From Clostridia bacterium (lineage in GTDB: Bacteria > Bacillota > Clostridia > CAKSNL01 > HGM11501): a stretch of DNA of 27,808 bases. The stretch spans positions 1 to 27,808 of the forward strand of contig JAZQAZ010000033.1 of assembly GCA_045545475.1 (NCBI GenBank). Direction: 5' to 3'. The position numbers and the translations under genes were made by a program. Shown piece by piece: positions 1-8,226 of this stretch (positions are counted from its first letter, which is position 1; every line of letters starts with the position of its first letter). The notes under the pieces were generated by a model, which saw nothing but the letters and a program-made list of their open reading frames with translations, was not told the DNA's origin and made no database searches.

Positions 1-141
1 AATAATCTTCCTCTTTGGGAGAGAAGACTTGTTGAAGGTCCTTACATCCACCATGTAACAGAAATTGAAGGAAGTCTTACAAAGGTTTTAGTTGAGACTA
101 TGAAATACTTCCCCGATGTAAAGGTTGAAGTTATTGAATAA
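1..141 (+). CDS. 3' end of a gene, probably L-fucose/L-arabinose isomerase family (partial)
   Basis: Frame 1 is open to TAA at 139-141: NNLPLWERRLVEGPYIHHVTEIEG...; the W-E-x-x-L-x-x-G-P-Y-I-H-H segment resembles the C-terminus of fucose-isomerase-family proteins. Only 46 codons are visible. Confidence 0.55.
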   Translation, partial: NNLPLWERRLVEGPYIHHVTEIEGSLTKVLVETMKYFPDVKVEVIE

Positions 142-163
142 TTAAGCTTTTAGGAGCGTGCAA

Positions 164-811
164 GTGATGCTTGAAAAATTAAAAAAAGCCAATAATGATA
201 TTGAAATTTTATCCGTTTTCGACGATGCATTTAAGATTTACGGTGAGGTGCTTAAGTACGATGCCACAGAAATCGTGGCAGAAGGAAAAAAGCTTGAAAT
301 GCCCGAGGCTGTTATATACAAGCCGTCTTTGGATGCATTTGAAAAGCTTTCCGTTACAAAGGAAATTGCAAAAAATGTTTACGGCTATCTTCCCATGCAG
401 GCAGGCGTTTGCTATGGCCACGCAAGTATGATGAATGCAACTGAATGGCACACCGCAACGGAAATCAATATCGCAATAACCGATATGGTTTTGATTTTAG
501 GTAACAGATGGGATATTGTCGATAACAAAATCGACTCATCCGCCTTCAAGGCATTTTTCGTGCCGGAAGGAACCGTGGTTGAGCTTTATGCAACAACATT
601 ACACTACTGCCCCAGCCAGGTAAGCGATGCCGGATTTATCTGTGCAGTATTCCTTCCCGAAGGGACGAATACAGCCCTCACGGAAGAGCCCACCGATAAG
701 CGAATTACCGCTAAAAATAAGTGGCTCCTTGCACACGTGGATAACGAAGCAAAGATAAAACAAGGTGCCGTTCCCGGAATTACCGGAATTAATTATGAGA
801 TAAAATACTGA
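164..811 (+). CDS. DUF4867-family (cupin-like, ureidoglycolate-lyase-like) protein
   Basis: Motifs QAGVCYGH..MNATEWH..EINIA, ELYATTLHYCP and KNKWLLAH. SD AGGAG at 152-156 favours GTG164 or ATG167 over GTG158. Confidence 0.75.
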   Translation: MMLEKLKKANNDIEILSVFDDAFKIYGEVLKYDATEIVAEGKKLEMPEAVIYKPSLDAFEKLSVTKEIAKNVYGYLPMQAGVCYGHASMMNATEWHTATEINIAITDMVLILGNRWDIVDNKIDSSAFKAFFVPEGTVVELYATTLHYCPSQVSDAGFICAVFLPEGTNTALTEEPTDKRITAKNKWLLAHVDNEAKIKQGAVPGITGINYEIKY

Positions 812-812
812 T

Positions 813-845
813 AAAAACGCTCCGTTGTACACGGGGCGTTTTTTT
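813..845 (+). terminator. Intrinsic terminator
   Basis: AAAAACGCTCCGT-TGTAC-ACGGGGCGTTTTTTT directly after the stop codon. Confidence 0.85.
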
Positions 846-847
846 GC

Positions 848-876
848 TTGCTTTATTTCGTCTGATTTGATATAAT
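848..876 (+). promoter_or_regulatory. Sigma-A promoter of the methyltransferase gene
   Basis: TTGCTT(848-853)-17 bp-TATAAT(871-876) with an extended -10 TG. Confidence 0.65.
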
Positions 877-906
877 AAATAAAGCTTAAGGAAAGAAGGT
901 GAGGCT

Positions 907-1842
907 TTGAAGGCGGAAAGAAACAAAACGATTGAACTTACAAAAGAAGAAGAAAAAGAGCTTCTTCTAAGAACGATAAAGGTAAATAAACCTGTTGCAA
1001 AGGAAGAAATTCTTGATAAAACCATCCTCGGAGACAGCTTGGCTGTTATGAAAAATTTGCCTCACGGCTTTGCCGACCTTATAATAGCCGATCCTCCATA
1101 CAATCTTTTTAAGGATTTTGGCGGTAATAAATTCAAAAAAAGCAGCAATGCAGAATATGAAAAATATACAAAAGAGTGGATGGAAGCACTTTTTCCATTG
1201 CTATCGGAAAGCGGCAGTATATATGTCTGCTGTGACTGGGAATCCGGCATGGTGATAGGAAACGTGATGAGGGAATATTTCACCTTGCAAAACCGCATAA
1301 CCTGGCAGAGAGAAAAGGGAAGAGGAGCTCTTAGTAATTGGAAAAACGGCATGGAAGATATATGGTTTGCCACAAAGGGGGAAAACTATACATTCAACCT
1401 TGATGCCGTAAAGCAAAGAAGGAGAGTTGTTGCACCCTACAAGGTGAACGGAAAACCCAAGGACTGGGAGGAAACAGCGGAGGGAAATTTCAGAAACACC
1501 TGCCCTTCAAATTTCTGGGATGATATTTCAATTCCCTATTGGTCAATGCCTGAAAATACACCTCATCCTACGCAGAAGCCGGAAAAGCTCCTTGCAAAGC
1601 TGATTCTTGCAAGCTCTAATGAGGGAGATACGGTGTTTGACCCATTTCTTGGGTCGGGCTCGACAAGCGTAACGGCTAAAAAGCTTGGCCGTCATTACGT
1701 GGGAATTGAACAGAATGAAAGCTACTGTGCTTTGGCTGAAAAACGTCTTTTAATGGCGGATACGGATAAATCTATTCAGGGGTATCGGGGCGGAGTTTTC
1801 TGGGAAAGAAACACAAGCCTGATGCAAAAAAAATATAAATAA
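907..1842 (+). CDS. Site-specific DNA methyltransferase, N4-C/N6-A family, beta-class motif order
   Basis: Catalytic DPPY precedes HPTQKP and the SAM-binding DPFLGSG motif; TTG start after SD AAGGTGAGG. Confidence 0.92.
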   Translation: MKAERNKTIELTKEEEKELLLRTIKVNKPVAKEEILDKTILGDSLAVMKNLPHGFADLIIADPPYNLFKDFGGNKFKKSSNAEYEKYTKEWMEALFPLLSESGSIYVCCDWESGMVIGNVMREYFTLQNRITWQREKGRGALSNWKNGMEDIWFATKGENYTFNLDAVKQRRRVVAPYKVNGKPKDWEETAEGNFRNTCPSNFWDDISIPYWSMPENTPHPTQKPEKLLAKLILASSNEGDTVFDPFLGSGSTSVTAKKLGRHYVGIEQNESYCALAEKRLLMADTDKSIQGYRGGVFWERNTSLMQKKYK

Positions 1843-1865
1843 GGAGTCGCTTTGCGACTCCTTTT
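1841..1865. terminator. Bidirectional intrinsic terminator between convergent genes
   Basis: AAGGAGTCGC-TTT-GCGACTCCTTTT spans both stop codons. Confidence 0.8.
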
Positions 1866-2499
1866 ATCTTTCTGTTTTAAGCATTTCTATATAGGGTTTG
1901 AAGTTTTCGAAAACCGCCCGTTCGTGACGGTTTCGGAGGAAGCAGGTTTTTCCTTCCTTTGCCAAAAGATGCTTTTCTTTCTTATAAAGCTCCTCCATCC
2001 GGTCGGCACGGAGACGGGAAAAACGCCTTGGTATAAGGCAAAGCTCCTCAATTTCCTTGTAAGAACGAATCTTAAGAGCCCAAAGTACGCAGGCGGGAGA
2101 AAGCAGCTTTGCGGCAAAAGTGTACGCCGCATCTTCAACCTCATCACCCTCTTTTCCGTCCACTTTGTTGTAAGTTGTGCATCTGCCGTCAAAGCTGTCA
2201 TTTTCCGTGTCGCAATGGCCCGTGACGATATGAGCAACTTCGTGAAGAATGGCAATCCTGAGTTCCTTTTCGGGAAGACTTTCGTCATAGAGCAGTGTGA
2301 AAGCACCATCCTTCTTGAAGGAAAATGCGTCGTTCTTTATGTATTCAGTTAAATTGTTTTCCTCTATAAATTTTTCTGCATTGCGATAGCTTAAGGTGGA
2401 AATCCTTAAATAATTGCAGATGTCCCTTACGGAAACAGGTAGCTTTTTTGCCGAGATGCCTAAAAGAATGTTCCAGTCTTTGCCAAACAAATTAACCAC
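1864..2499 (-). CDS. ImmA/IrrE-family zinc metallopeptidase
   Basis: R-x-x-I-L-HEVAH (HExxH) and downstream E-x-x-A-x-x-FAAKLL-x-P; N-terminal LPV..IC segment typical of this family. Start codon uncertain. Confidence 0.85.
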   Translation of the reverse strand: MVNLFGKDWNILLGISAKKLPVSVRDICNYLRISTLSYRNAEKFIEENNLTEYIKNDAFSFKKDGAFTLLYDESLPEKELRIAILHEVAHIVTGHCDTENDSFDGRCTTYNKVDGKEGDEVEDAAYTFAAKLLSPACVLWALKIRSYKEIEELCLIPRRFSRLRADRMEELYKKEKHLLAKEGKTCFLRNRHERAVFENFKPYIEMLKTER

Positions 2500-2513
2500 A
2501 TCCTTTATAACAC

Positions 2514-2542
2514 TTGAAAGATTGTAAAATATGTGATATACT
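2514..2542 (+). promoter_or_regulatory. Putative antisense sigma-A promoter facing into the XRE gene
   Basis: TTGAAA(2514-2519)-17 bp-TATACT(2537-2542) with TG at 2534-2535. Confidence 0.45.
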
Positions 2543-2888
2543 ATTTTTCAATGAAGGTTTTGACGATTCGTTCAAGTAAAATCAAATCGTTTGCGGCAAC
2601 CTTGTTGTTAACGGCATCACAGATGCTTGCACGAAGATTTGCGGCCTGACGCTTGGTGATTCGCTTATGGAGAGTTTGATTGGATTCTTTAGGGGGATCC
2701 TGAGTGAAATATTCAATCGGTACCTCTAAAAAAGTGCAAAGCTTATTTAAGTTTACACTTCTGGGTTTTGAACGGCCCTTAAGCCAGGAGTCCACGTTCC
2801 CCTGGGAAATTCCCGTGGCTTTCTGAATGGAATATGTTGTAAGGCCCTTATCCTTCATCACTTTTTTTAGTTTTTGAGAAAATAACAT
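2541..2888 (-). CDS. XRE/Cro-C1 helix-turn-helix transcriptional regulator
   Basis: FSQKLKKVMKDKGLTTYSIQKATGISQGNVDSWLKGRSKP...L..L...LEV is a classic HTH_3 pattern; SD GAAGGTG. Confidence 0.88.
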   Translation of the reverse strand: MLFSQKLKKVMKDKGLTTYSIQKATGISQGNVDSWLKGRSKPRSVNLNKLCTFLEVPIEYFTQDPPKESNQTLHKRITKRQAANLRASICDAVNNKVAANDLILLERIVKTFIEK

Positions 2889-2907
2889 TTTTTCACCTTC
2901 ATGTAAA

Positions 2908-2953
2908 TAATCTAATTATAATCTAATTATAGCATTTTTTTGTTAAAAGTCAA
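2908..2953 (-). promoter_or_regulatory. Promoter of the XRE-peptidase pair overlapped by an 11-bp tandem repeat
   Basis: Minus strand TTGACT(2953-2948)-16 bp-TATAAT(2931-2926) with extended TG; TAATCTAATTA occurs at 2908-2918 and 2919-2929. Confidence 0.55.
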
Positions 2954-3000
2954 CGAAGAATAGGAAAAAATGTCATAAGAAAGTTCGGGGAGAGGAATAT

Positions 3001-3492
3001 ATGAATAAATACTTTGTGCCTGATGTTACAGTGGATTCAATTGATGACTTGTCGGGAGCGTTTTTTAAGGAAAAGGGAATAAAAGCGGTTTTTTTAGATA
3101 TTGACAACACTCTTGTTACTCCTAAAACAAGAAAACCGGACGAACGGGCAAATAAATTTTTAAATTCTTTGAAAGAAGCGGGGATTTCTGTTTGCCTGGT
3201 TTCAAATAATAAAAAAGAGCGGGTAGACGAATTTAATGAAGGCGGATATTTATCCATACACAGGGCGGGAAAACCCTTTACCTATTCATATCGAAGAATG
3301 CTCAAGAGGCTTAAGATTGATAAAAATGAGGCGGCCGCTGTGGGGGATCAGTTCTACAGCGATATTTATGCAGGCAGACGCCTTGGAGTTTTAACAGTTT
3401 ATGTAAAACCCATTGAAATAGGAAACGAGGGGCCTTTTGTGCATCTTAAAAGGAAGCTTGAAAAGCGTATAATAAAGAAGCTCGGACTGTAA
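3001..3492 (+). CDS. yqeG: YqeG-family HAD-IIIA phosphatase
   Basis: DIDNTL, VSNN, A-x-KP and VGDQ-x-x-x-D motifs. Confidence 0.9.
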   Translation: MNKYFVPDVTVDSIDDLSGAFFKEKGIKAVFLDIDNTLVTPKTRKPDERANKFLNSLKEAGISVCLVSNNKKERVDEFNEGGYLSIHRAGKPFTYSYRRMLKRLKIDKNEAAAVGDQFYSDIYAGRRLGVLTVYVKPIEIGNEGPFVHLKRKLEKRIIKKLGL

Positions 3493-3562
3493 GGTGTCAT
3501 TTATTATAAAATTTGTATAACTTTTTTATTCCAAATGCGTTTATGTTGATGAAAATCGACAA

Positions 3563-3591
3563 TTGAAAAGAAAAACGAAAAGTTGTATAAT
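3563..3591 (+). promoter_or_regulatory. Sigma-A promoter of ptsH
   Basis: TTGAAA(3563-3568)-17 bp-TATAAT(3586-3591). Confidence 0.6.
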
Positions 3592-3630
3592 AGTATAAAA
3601 TCTACTATTCTGCACGAGAGAGGGTTTACC

Positions 3631-3891
3631 ATGTATTCTAAAGAAGTAACAATAAAGAATCAGGTTGGGCTTCATGCAAGGCCGGCAACATACTTTATCC
3701 AGAAGGCACTTGAATTTAAAGAAGATATAAAGGTTACCAAAGATGAGTGTGAAGTCAGCGGAAAGAGCTTGCTCGGCGTGCTGTCTCTCGGTATTACCAA
3801 AGGTTCTTCTATTACAATTTCAGCAACCGGTGAAAATGAGGTTGCCGCAGTGGAAGCACTTGTTGCACTTGTTGAATCTAATTTTGAATGA
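3631..3891 (+). CDS. ptsH: Phosphocarrier protein HPr
   Basis: GLHARPA (His15) and KSLLGVLSL (Ser46); ATG at 3631 after GAGAGGG. Confidence 0.93.
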   Translation: MYSKEVTIKNQVGLHARPATYFIQKALEFKEDIKVTKDECEVSGKSLLGVLSLGITKGSSITISATGENEVAAVEALVALVESNFE

Positions 3892-3894
3892 TTG

Positions 3895-3922
3895 AAAGGT
3901 GACCCGGTGGGTCACCTTTTTT
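3895..3922 (+). terminator. Intrinsic terminator after ptsH
   Basis: AAAGGTGACCC-GGT-GGGTCACCTTTTTT. Confidence 0.85.
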
Positions 3923-3946
3923 ATTACGTTGGAAAGGAGTGGCTTT

Positions 3947-5812
3947 ATGACGCTTAAGGATAAACTTTTTAATCTGCCTGATAAACCGGGAGTTTATCTT
4001 ATGAAAAACAGCGAAGGCGAAATTATTTATGTGGGCAAAGCCAAGGTCCTTAAAAACCGTGTACGCCAGTATTTTCACGAAAGTGCGAATCATACCCCCA
4101 AGGTTTTAGCTATGGTTCGTAACATTGCTGACTTTGAATTTATTATCACCGCCACCGAGCGTGAAGCCTTCGTCCTTGAGTGTAACCTTATAAAAGAATA
4201 TTACCCGCATTATAACATACTTCTTAAAGACGATAAAACCTATCCGTTTATAAAGATAACCAATGAGGCGTACCCTAAAATTTTATTTACCCGTAAAACA
4301 GAAAACGACGGTGCTGAGTATTTCGGGCCTTACACAAGCTCATATTTTTGCAGAGAAATGATAGAGCTTACACATAGAATTTTCAAAATTCCCATGTGCA
4401 ATAAACACTTTCCTGCCGATTTTAAGAAAAGCCGTCCTTGTCTTTACCACTCCATGGGAAGGTGCATGGGAGTTTGTACCGGAAACATAAGCGAGGAAGA
4501 ATACAGAAAGGCCATAAAGGATGCTTCGCTTTTTATACGGGGAAAGCATAAAAGTCTGATTGACCGCCTGACAGAAGAAATGAACGAAGCGGCCGAAAGG
4601 CTTCATTTCGAAAGGGCGGCATCCCTTCGCGATAAAATTAACTCCATCAGATATGTGGCGGAGCGGCAGAATGTTACTATATTAAAGAACGCCGATGCGG
4701 ACGTTTTTGCTTTTGCCGCAAGAGACAACGATGTTGCATTTGAGGTTATATATATAAGAGAAGGAAAGATGACAGGACATGACAGCTTCTATTTTGAAGG
4801 AGCATCCGGAATTGATGATGCTTTGCTGATGGAAGATTTTCTTAGTCAGTATTACGCAAAGGAAAACGCATACATTCCGAGGCTTGTCATTCTTGCATCG
4901 GATACCGTGGACGGAGGATTGATATCCGAACTTCTTACCGAGGCGAAAGGCATAAATGTAGAGGTAAGAAAGGCCGTGCGAGGAAAATATAAGGAGCTTG
5001 CCCTGATGGCTCTTAAAAATGCGGAAAAAACTCTCTCAGATAAAAGGGAAGAACAGGAAAAATACCGTCTTAAGAAGAGTGCGGCAAGGGAGCTTGGGGA
5101 AATCATAGGACTTCCGACATTGCCTTCGAGAATTGAGGCTTACGACATATCACATACGGCTGGGAGCGAAGCTGTAGGAGCAATGGTTGTATTTACAGAC
5201 GGCAAATATTCCAAGAAAGACAATCGCTATTTCAAAATAAAAAGCGGCGTAGGAGGAGATGATTATGCTTCTCTTAAGGAAGTGCTTGAGCGAAGGTTTG
5301 CCCATTGTCTTTCGGAGTATAAAAAGCTTTCAACAGGCGAAATTTCTGAAGATGATGCAAAATTTGCCCTGTTGCCTGATCTTATTTTAATGGACGGTGG
5401 TGCAGGGCAGCTTAAAATTGCCCTTGAGGTGCTTAACGAAATGGGCCTTTCTCTTCCGGTGTTTGGCATGGTGAAAGACGATAAGCACAGAACACGTGGT
5501 CTTATTTCAAAGGACGGGGAGATTGGATTAAATCCTACAAGTCAGGCCTTTCGTCTTATTACGGCAATTCAGGATGAAGTACACCGTGTGGCTATAGGAT
5601 ATCACATAAAGCTTTCGGGGAAAAAGATGGTTAAAAGCCCCCTGCTTTCCTTAAAGGGAGTGGGGAAGGCAACTTATGAAAAGCTGATGAAGGAGTTTAA
5701 AACTCTTTCAAATGTAAAAGAGGCAAGTAAGGAAGAACTTATAAAAGTTGTAGGTAAAATTGCGGGAGAAAGCATATTTGCTTATTACAATAAGGAAGAT
5801 AATGATGCATAG
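3947..5812 (+). CDS. uvrC: Excinuclease ABC subunit C
   Basis: PGVYLM..IIYVGKAK.LKNRVRQYF (GIY-YIG), UVR motif FERAASLRD, RIEAYDISH, PDLILMDGG, IQDEVHR, C-terminal HhH; SD AAAGGAG before ATG3947. Confidence 0.97.
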   Translation: MTLKDKLFNLPDKPGVYLMKNSEGEIIYVGKAKVLKNRVRQYFHESANHTPKVLAMVRNIADFEFIITATEREAFVLECNLIKEYYPHYNILLKDDKTYPFIKITNEAYPKILFTRKTENDGAEYFGPYTSSYFCREMIELTHRIFKIPMCNKHFPADFKKSRPCLYHSMGRCMGVCTGNISEEEYRKAIKDASLFIRGKHKSLIDRLTEEMNEAAERLHFERAASLRDKINSIRYVAERQNVTILKNADADVFAFAARDNDVAFEVIYIREGKMTGHDSFYFEGASGIDDALLMEDFLSQYYAKENAYIPRLVILASDTVDGGLISELLTEAKGINVEVRKAVRGKYKELALMALKNAEKTLSDKREEQEKYRLKKSAARELGEIIGLPTLPSRIEAYDISHTAGSEAVGAMVVFTDGKYSKKDNRYFKIKSGVGGDDYASLKEVLERRFAHCLSEYKKLSTGEISEDDAKFALLPDLILMDGGAGQLKIALEVLNEMGLSLPVFGMVKDDKHRTRGLISKDGEIGLNPTSQAFRLITAIQDEVHRVAIGYHIKLSGKKMVKSPLLSLKGVGKATYEKLMKEFKTLSNVKEASKEELIKVVGKIAGESIFAYYNKEDNDA

Positions 5813-6551
5813 GTTTATTGTAGGAGAAAAAAATTTTAAGGATTTTATTCCCAGAGATGCAGGGTTTGAAGAGTGCAAGAGCAGAAAAAGCTATGGGCCT
5901 GCCATAAGGAATTATTATCTTATACACTATGTGGAAAAAGGAACAGGCATATTTAAAAATGAAAAAGGGGAGTATCGTGTTGATGCGGGACAGGCTTTTC
6001 TGATACGTCCCGGAGAAGTGACCTATTACGAGGCGGATAAAGATAATCCGTGGAGCTATATATGGATCGGATTTGAAGGAACGCTGGCGGAAAAATTTCA
6101 CAGTCTTCCGGATATTATAACGCCAGACGGAAATATTTTCGGAGAAATCAAAACTTTATCTTCCGCCATGATAGAGGAGAAAATTTGTGCAATAAGCTTT
6201 CGACTTTACTGCAATCTTTTCGAGAACAAAACTGAGCCTGATTATGTTAATAAAGTAATAGGGTATATTAACGCAGAGTACGCAGGAGATATAAAAATTG
6301 TTAAGATTGCCGAAAGCCTTAAGCTGAACAGAAAATATCTTGCGAGAATTTTCAAGGAACGGTGTGGACTCAGTATGAAGGAGTATCTTAAACGAAAAAG
6401 ACTTACAGAGGGCAGGGCACTTCTTGAGAAAGGCTACAATGTAACCGAGGCGGCAGCACTTTCCGGATATTCCGATGCGTTTGCTTTTTCCAAGGCTTTT
6501 AAAGCATTTTTCGGTAAATCGCCCAAAACACTTAAGAAAGCGGAGAAATAA
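5802..6551 (+). CDS. AraC-family transcriptional regulator
   Basis: N-terminal cupin (GPAIRNYYLIHYVEKGTG...PW.YIWIGF) and C-terminal AraC signature (VTEAAALSGYSDAFAFSKAFK..FGKSP); start overlaps the uvrC stop. Confidence 0.92.
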   Translation: MMHRFIVGEKNFKDFIPRDAGFEECKSRKSYGPAIRNYYLIHYVEKGTGIFKNEKGEYRVDAGQAFLIRPGEVTYYEADKDNPWSYIWIGFEGTLAEKFHSLPDIITPDGNIFGEIKTLSSAMIEEKICAISFRLYCNLFENKTEPDYVNKVIGYINAEYAGDIKIVKIAESLKLNRKYLARIFKERCGLSMKEYLKRKRLTEGRALLEKGYNVTEAAALSGYSDAFAFSKAFKAFFGKSPKTLKKAEK

Positions 6552-6577
6552 TGAGTCAAATTTATTAAAAAAAAGAC

Positions 6578-6606
6578 TTGCTTTTTAAATAAATGTATGT
6601 TACAAT
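6578..6606 (+). promoter_or_regulatory. Sigma-A promoter of rpsT
   Basis: TTGCTT(6578-6583)-17 bp-TACAAT(6601-6606), extended TG, A-tract upstream. Confidence 0.65.
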
Positions 6607-6620
6607 ATATTTTGCTTAAA

Positions 6621-6674
6621 AATACAAAGGTAAAAATCCAACCGTTCAGGATATTTGCCTTGACCAAATGTATT
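6621..6674 (+). ncRNA. Candidate structured 5' leader of rpsT
   Basis: Nested pairings AATACA/TGTATT, AAGGTAAA/TTTGCCTT and ATCC/GGAT around loop AACCGTTCA, between the promoter and the SD. Confidence 0.4.
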
Positions 6675-6700
6675 AAATACAAGCTTTGGAGGTGAATATA

Positions 6701-6964
6701 ATGCCCAACATTAAATCTGCTAAGAAGAGAGTTCTTATCACAAAGAAGAAGACTTTAAGAAATCAGATGATTAAGTCTGCTATCCATACAGCTCTTAAGA
6801 AGGCTGACGCTGCAATCGTTGCAGGAGATCAGGAAACAGCTAAGGCAGCTGTTATCTACGCTTCTAAGAAGATGGATCAGGCTGTTGCAAAAGGCGTATT
6901 CCACAAGAACACAATCGCAAGAAAGAAATCCGCCCTTGCAAAGCGTTTCAATAAGATGGCGTAA
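6701..6964 (+). CDS. rpsT: 30S ribosomal protein S20
   Basis: MPNIKSAKKRV...RN..IKS...KGVFHKNTIARKKS; SD GGAGGTG. Confidence 0.98.
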   Translation: MPNIKSAKKRVLITKKKTLRNQMIKSAIHTALKKADAAIVAGDQETAKAAVIYASKKMDQAVAKGVFHKNTIARKKSALAKRFNKMA

Positions 6965-7013
6965 TTTTTTCAAAAAAATAATAAATTCTAACAGTTTCCC
7001 ACTGTACGATTTG

Positions 7014-7048
7014 TAACAAAAATCTACGCTAAGTAGATTTTTTTGTTA
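7014..7048 (+). terminator. Intrinsic terminator after rpsT
   Basis: TAACAAAAATCTAC-GCTAA-GTAGATTTTTTTGTTA. Confidence 0.7.
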
Positions 7049-7074
7049 TGTAGAGATAAAGGAGTGACTCTGCT

Positions 7075-8226
7075 TTGAGAAGACTTTTTACTTCCGAGTC
7101 TGTAACGGAAGGACATCCGGACAAGCTCTGCGATTTAATTTCCGATACAGTTCTTGATGCATATCTTGCAAAGGATCCCGATTCCCGTGTTGCATGTGAA
7201 GTAACGGCATCCACAGGACTTATCACTGTTATGGGAGAAATTACAAGTAAGGCTGTAATAGACATTCAGCCCCTTGTGCGTGAGGCCATAAGAAATGTTG
7301 GTTACACCGATTCTTCCATGGGATTTGACGCTGATACCTGCAGTGTTATGAATACCGTTCATGGTCAGTCTCCCGATATTGCACAGGGAGTTGGAGATAA
7401 CAATGACGAAAACAGCGGTGCAGGCGACCAGGGCCTCATATTCGGCTTTGCTTGCTCGGAAACGGAAAACTTAATGCCTCTTCCTATTTATCTTGCCCAT
7501 AAGCTTGCCGAAAGACTTACATTTGTAAGAAAGTCAGGCACTTTAACATATCTTCGTCCTGACGGAAAAACTCAGGTTACCGTTGAGTATGACGAAAATG
7601 ACGTACCCAAGAGAATTGATGCAATAGTTGTTTCTACACAGCACTCTGATGACGTAACGCTGGAGCAGATAAAGGAAGATATGAAAAAGCATGTAATCGA
7701 ACCTATCATAGACAGGAATATGATGGATGAAGACACAAAGATTTACATAAATCCCACAGGTCGTTTCGTAATCGGCGGTCCCTTTGGTGATTCCGGTCTT
7801 ACCGGCAGAAAAATCATTGTTGACACCTATGGTGGCTACGCTCGTCACGGCGGCGGTGCTTTCTCCGGAAAGGACCCTTCAAAGGTTGACAGAAGTGCAG
7901 CTTATATGGCACGTTACATTGCCAAAAACCTTGTAGCGGCAGAGCTTTGCGAAAAGTGCGAAATTCAGCTTGCATATGCTATTGGCGTTGCAAAGCCCGT
8001 ATCGGTAAGAGTTGATACTTTCGGAACAGGAAAATTGCCTGAGGACAGACTTGAAGAACTTGTTATGGAAAAGTTTGACTTAAGACCTTACGGAATAATA
8101 AAGACTCTTGGCCTTAGAAATCCCATTTATACAAAGACATCCAATTACGGACATATGGGTAAAGACGGACTTCCCTGGGAGAAGACCGATATGGCTGAAG
8201 AACTCAAAAAAGCGGCAAACATGTAA
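7075..8226 (+). CDS. metK: S-adenosylmethionine synthetase
   Basis: [38 protein letters not shown]; TTG start after AAAGGAG. Confidence 0.98.
   Translation: MRRLFTSESVTEGHPDKLCDLISDTVLDAYLAKDPDSRVACEVTASTGLITVMGEITSKAVIDIQPLVREAIRNVGYTDSSMGFDADTCSVMNTVHGQSPDIAQGVGDNNDENSGAGDQGLIFGFACSETENLMPLPIYLAHKLAERLTFVRKSGTLTYLRPDGKTQVTVEYDENDVPKRIDAIVVSTQHSDDVTLEQIKEDMKKHVIEPIIDRNMMDEDTKIYINPTGRFVIGGPFGDSGLTGRKIIVDTYGGYARHGGGAFSGKDPSKVDRSAAYMARYIAKNLVAAELCEKCEIQLAYAIGVAKPVSVRVDTFGTGKLPEDRLEELVMEKFDLRPYGIIKTLGLRNPIYTKTSNYGHMGKDGLPWEKTDMAEELKKAANM

Noticed and set aside
1852-2352. 166-aa plus-strand ORF and 140-aa alternative minus-frame ORF (1887-2309)
   Set aside because: Both shadow the well-supported HExxH peptidase gene; no motifs, and the plus-strand ORF starts inside a terminator hairpin.
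907-2888. Prophage, ICE or complete restriction-modification island
   Set aside because: No integrase, structural, conjugation or endonuclease gene and no visible att repeats; the methyltransferase is convergent and separately terminated.
6990-7030. TTCCC...TTGTAAC resemblance to an SMK-box (SAM-III) riboswitch
   Set aside because: Lacks the CCCGAAAGG core and a complementary GGGGGA SD; the segment is explained by the rpsT terminator.
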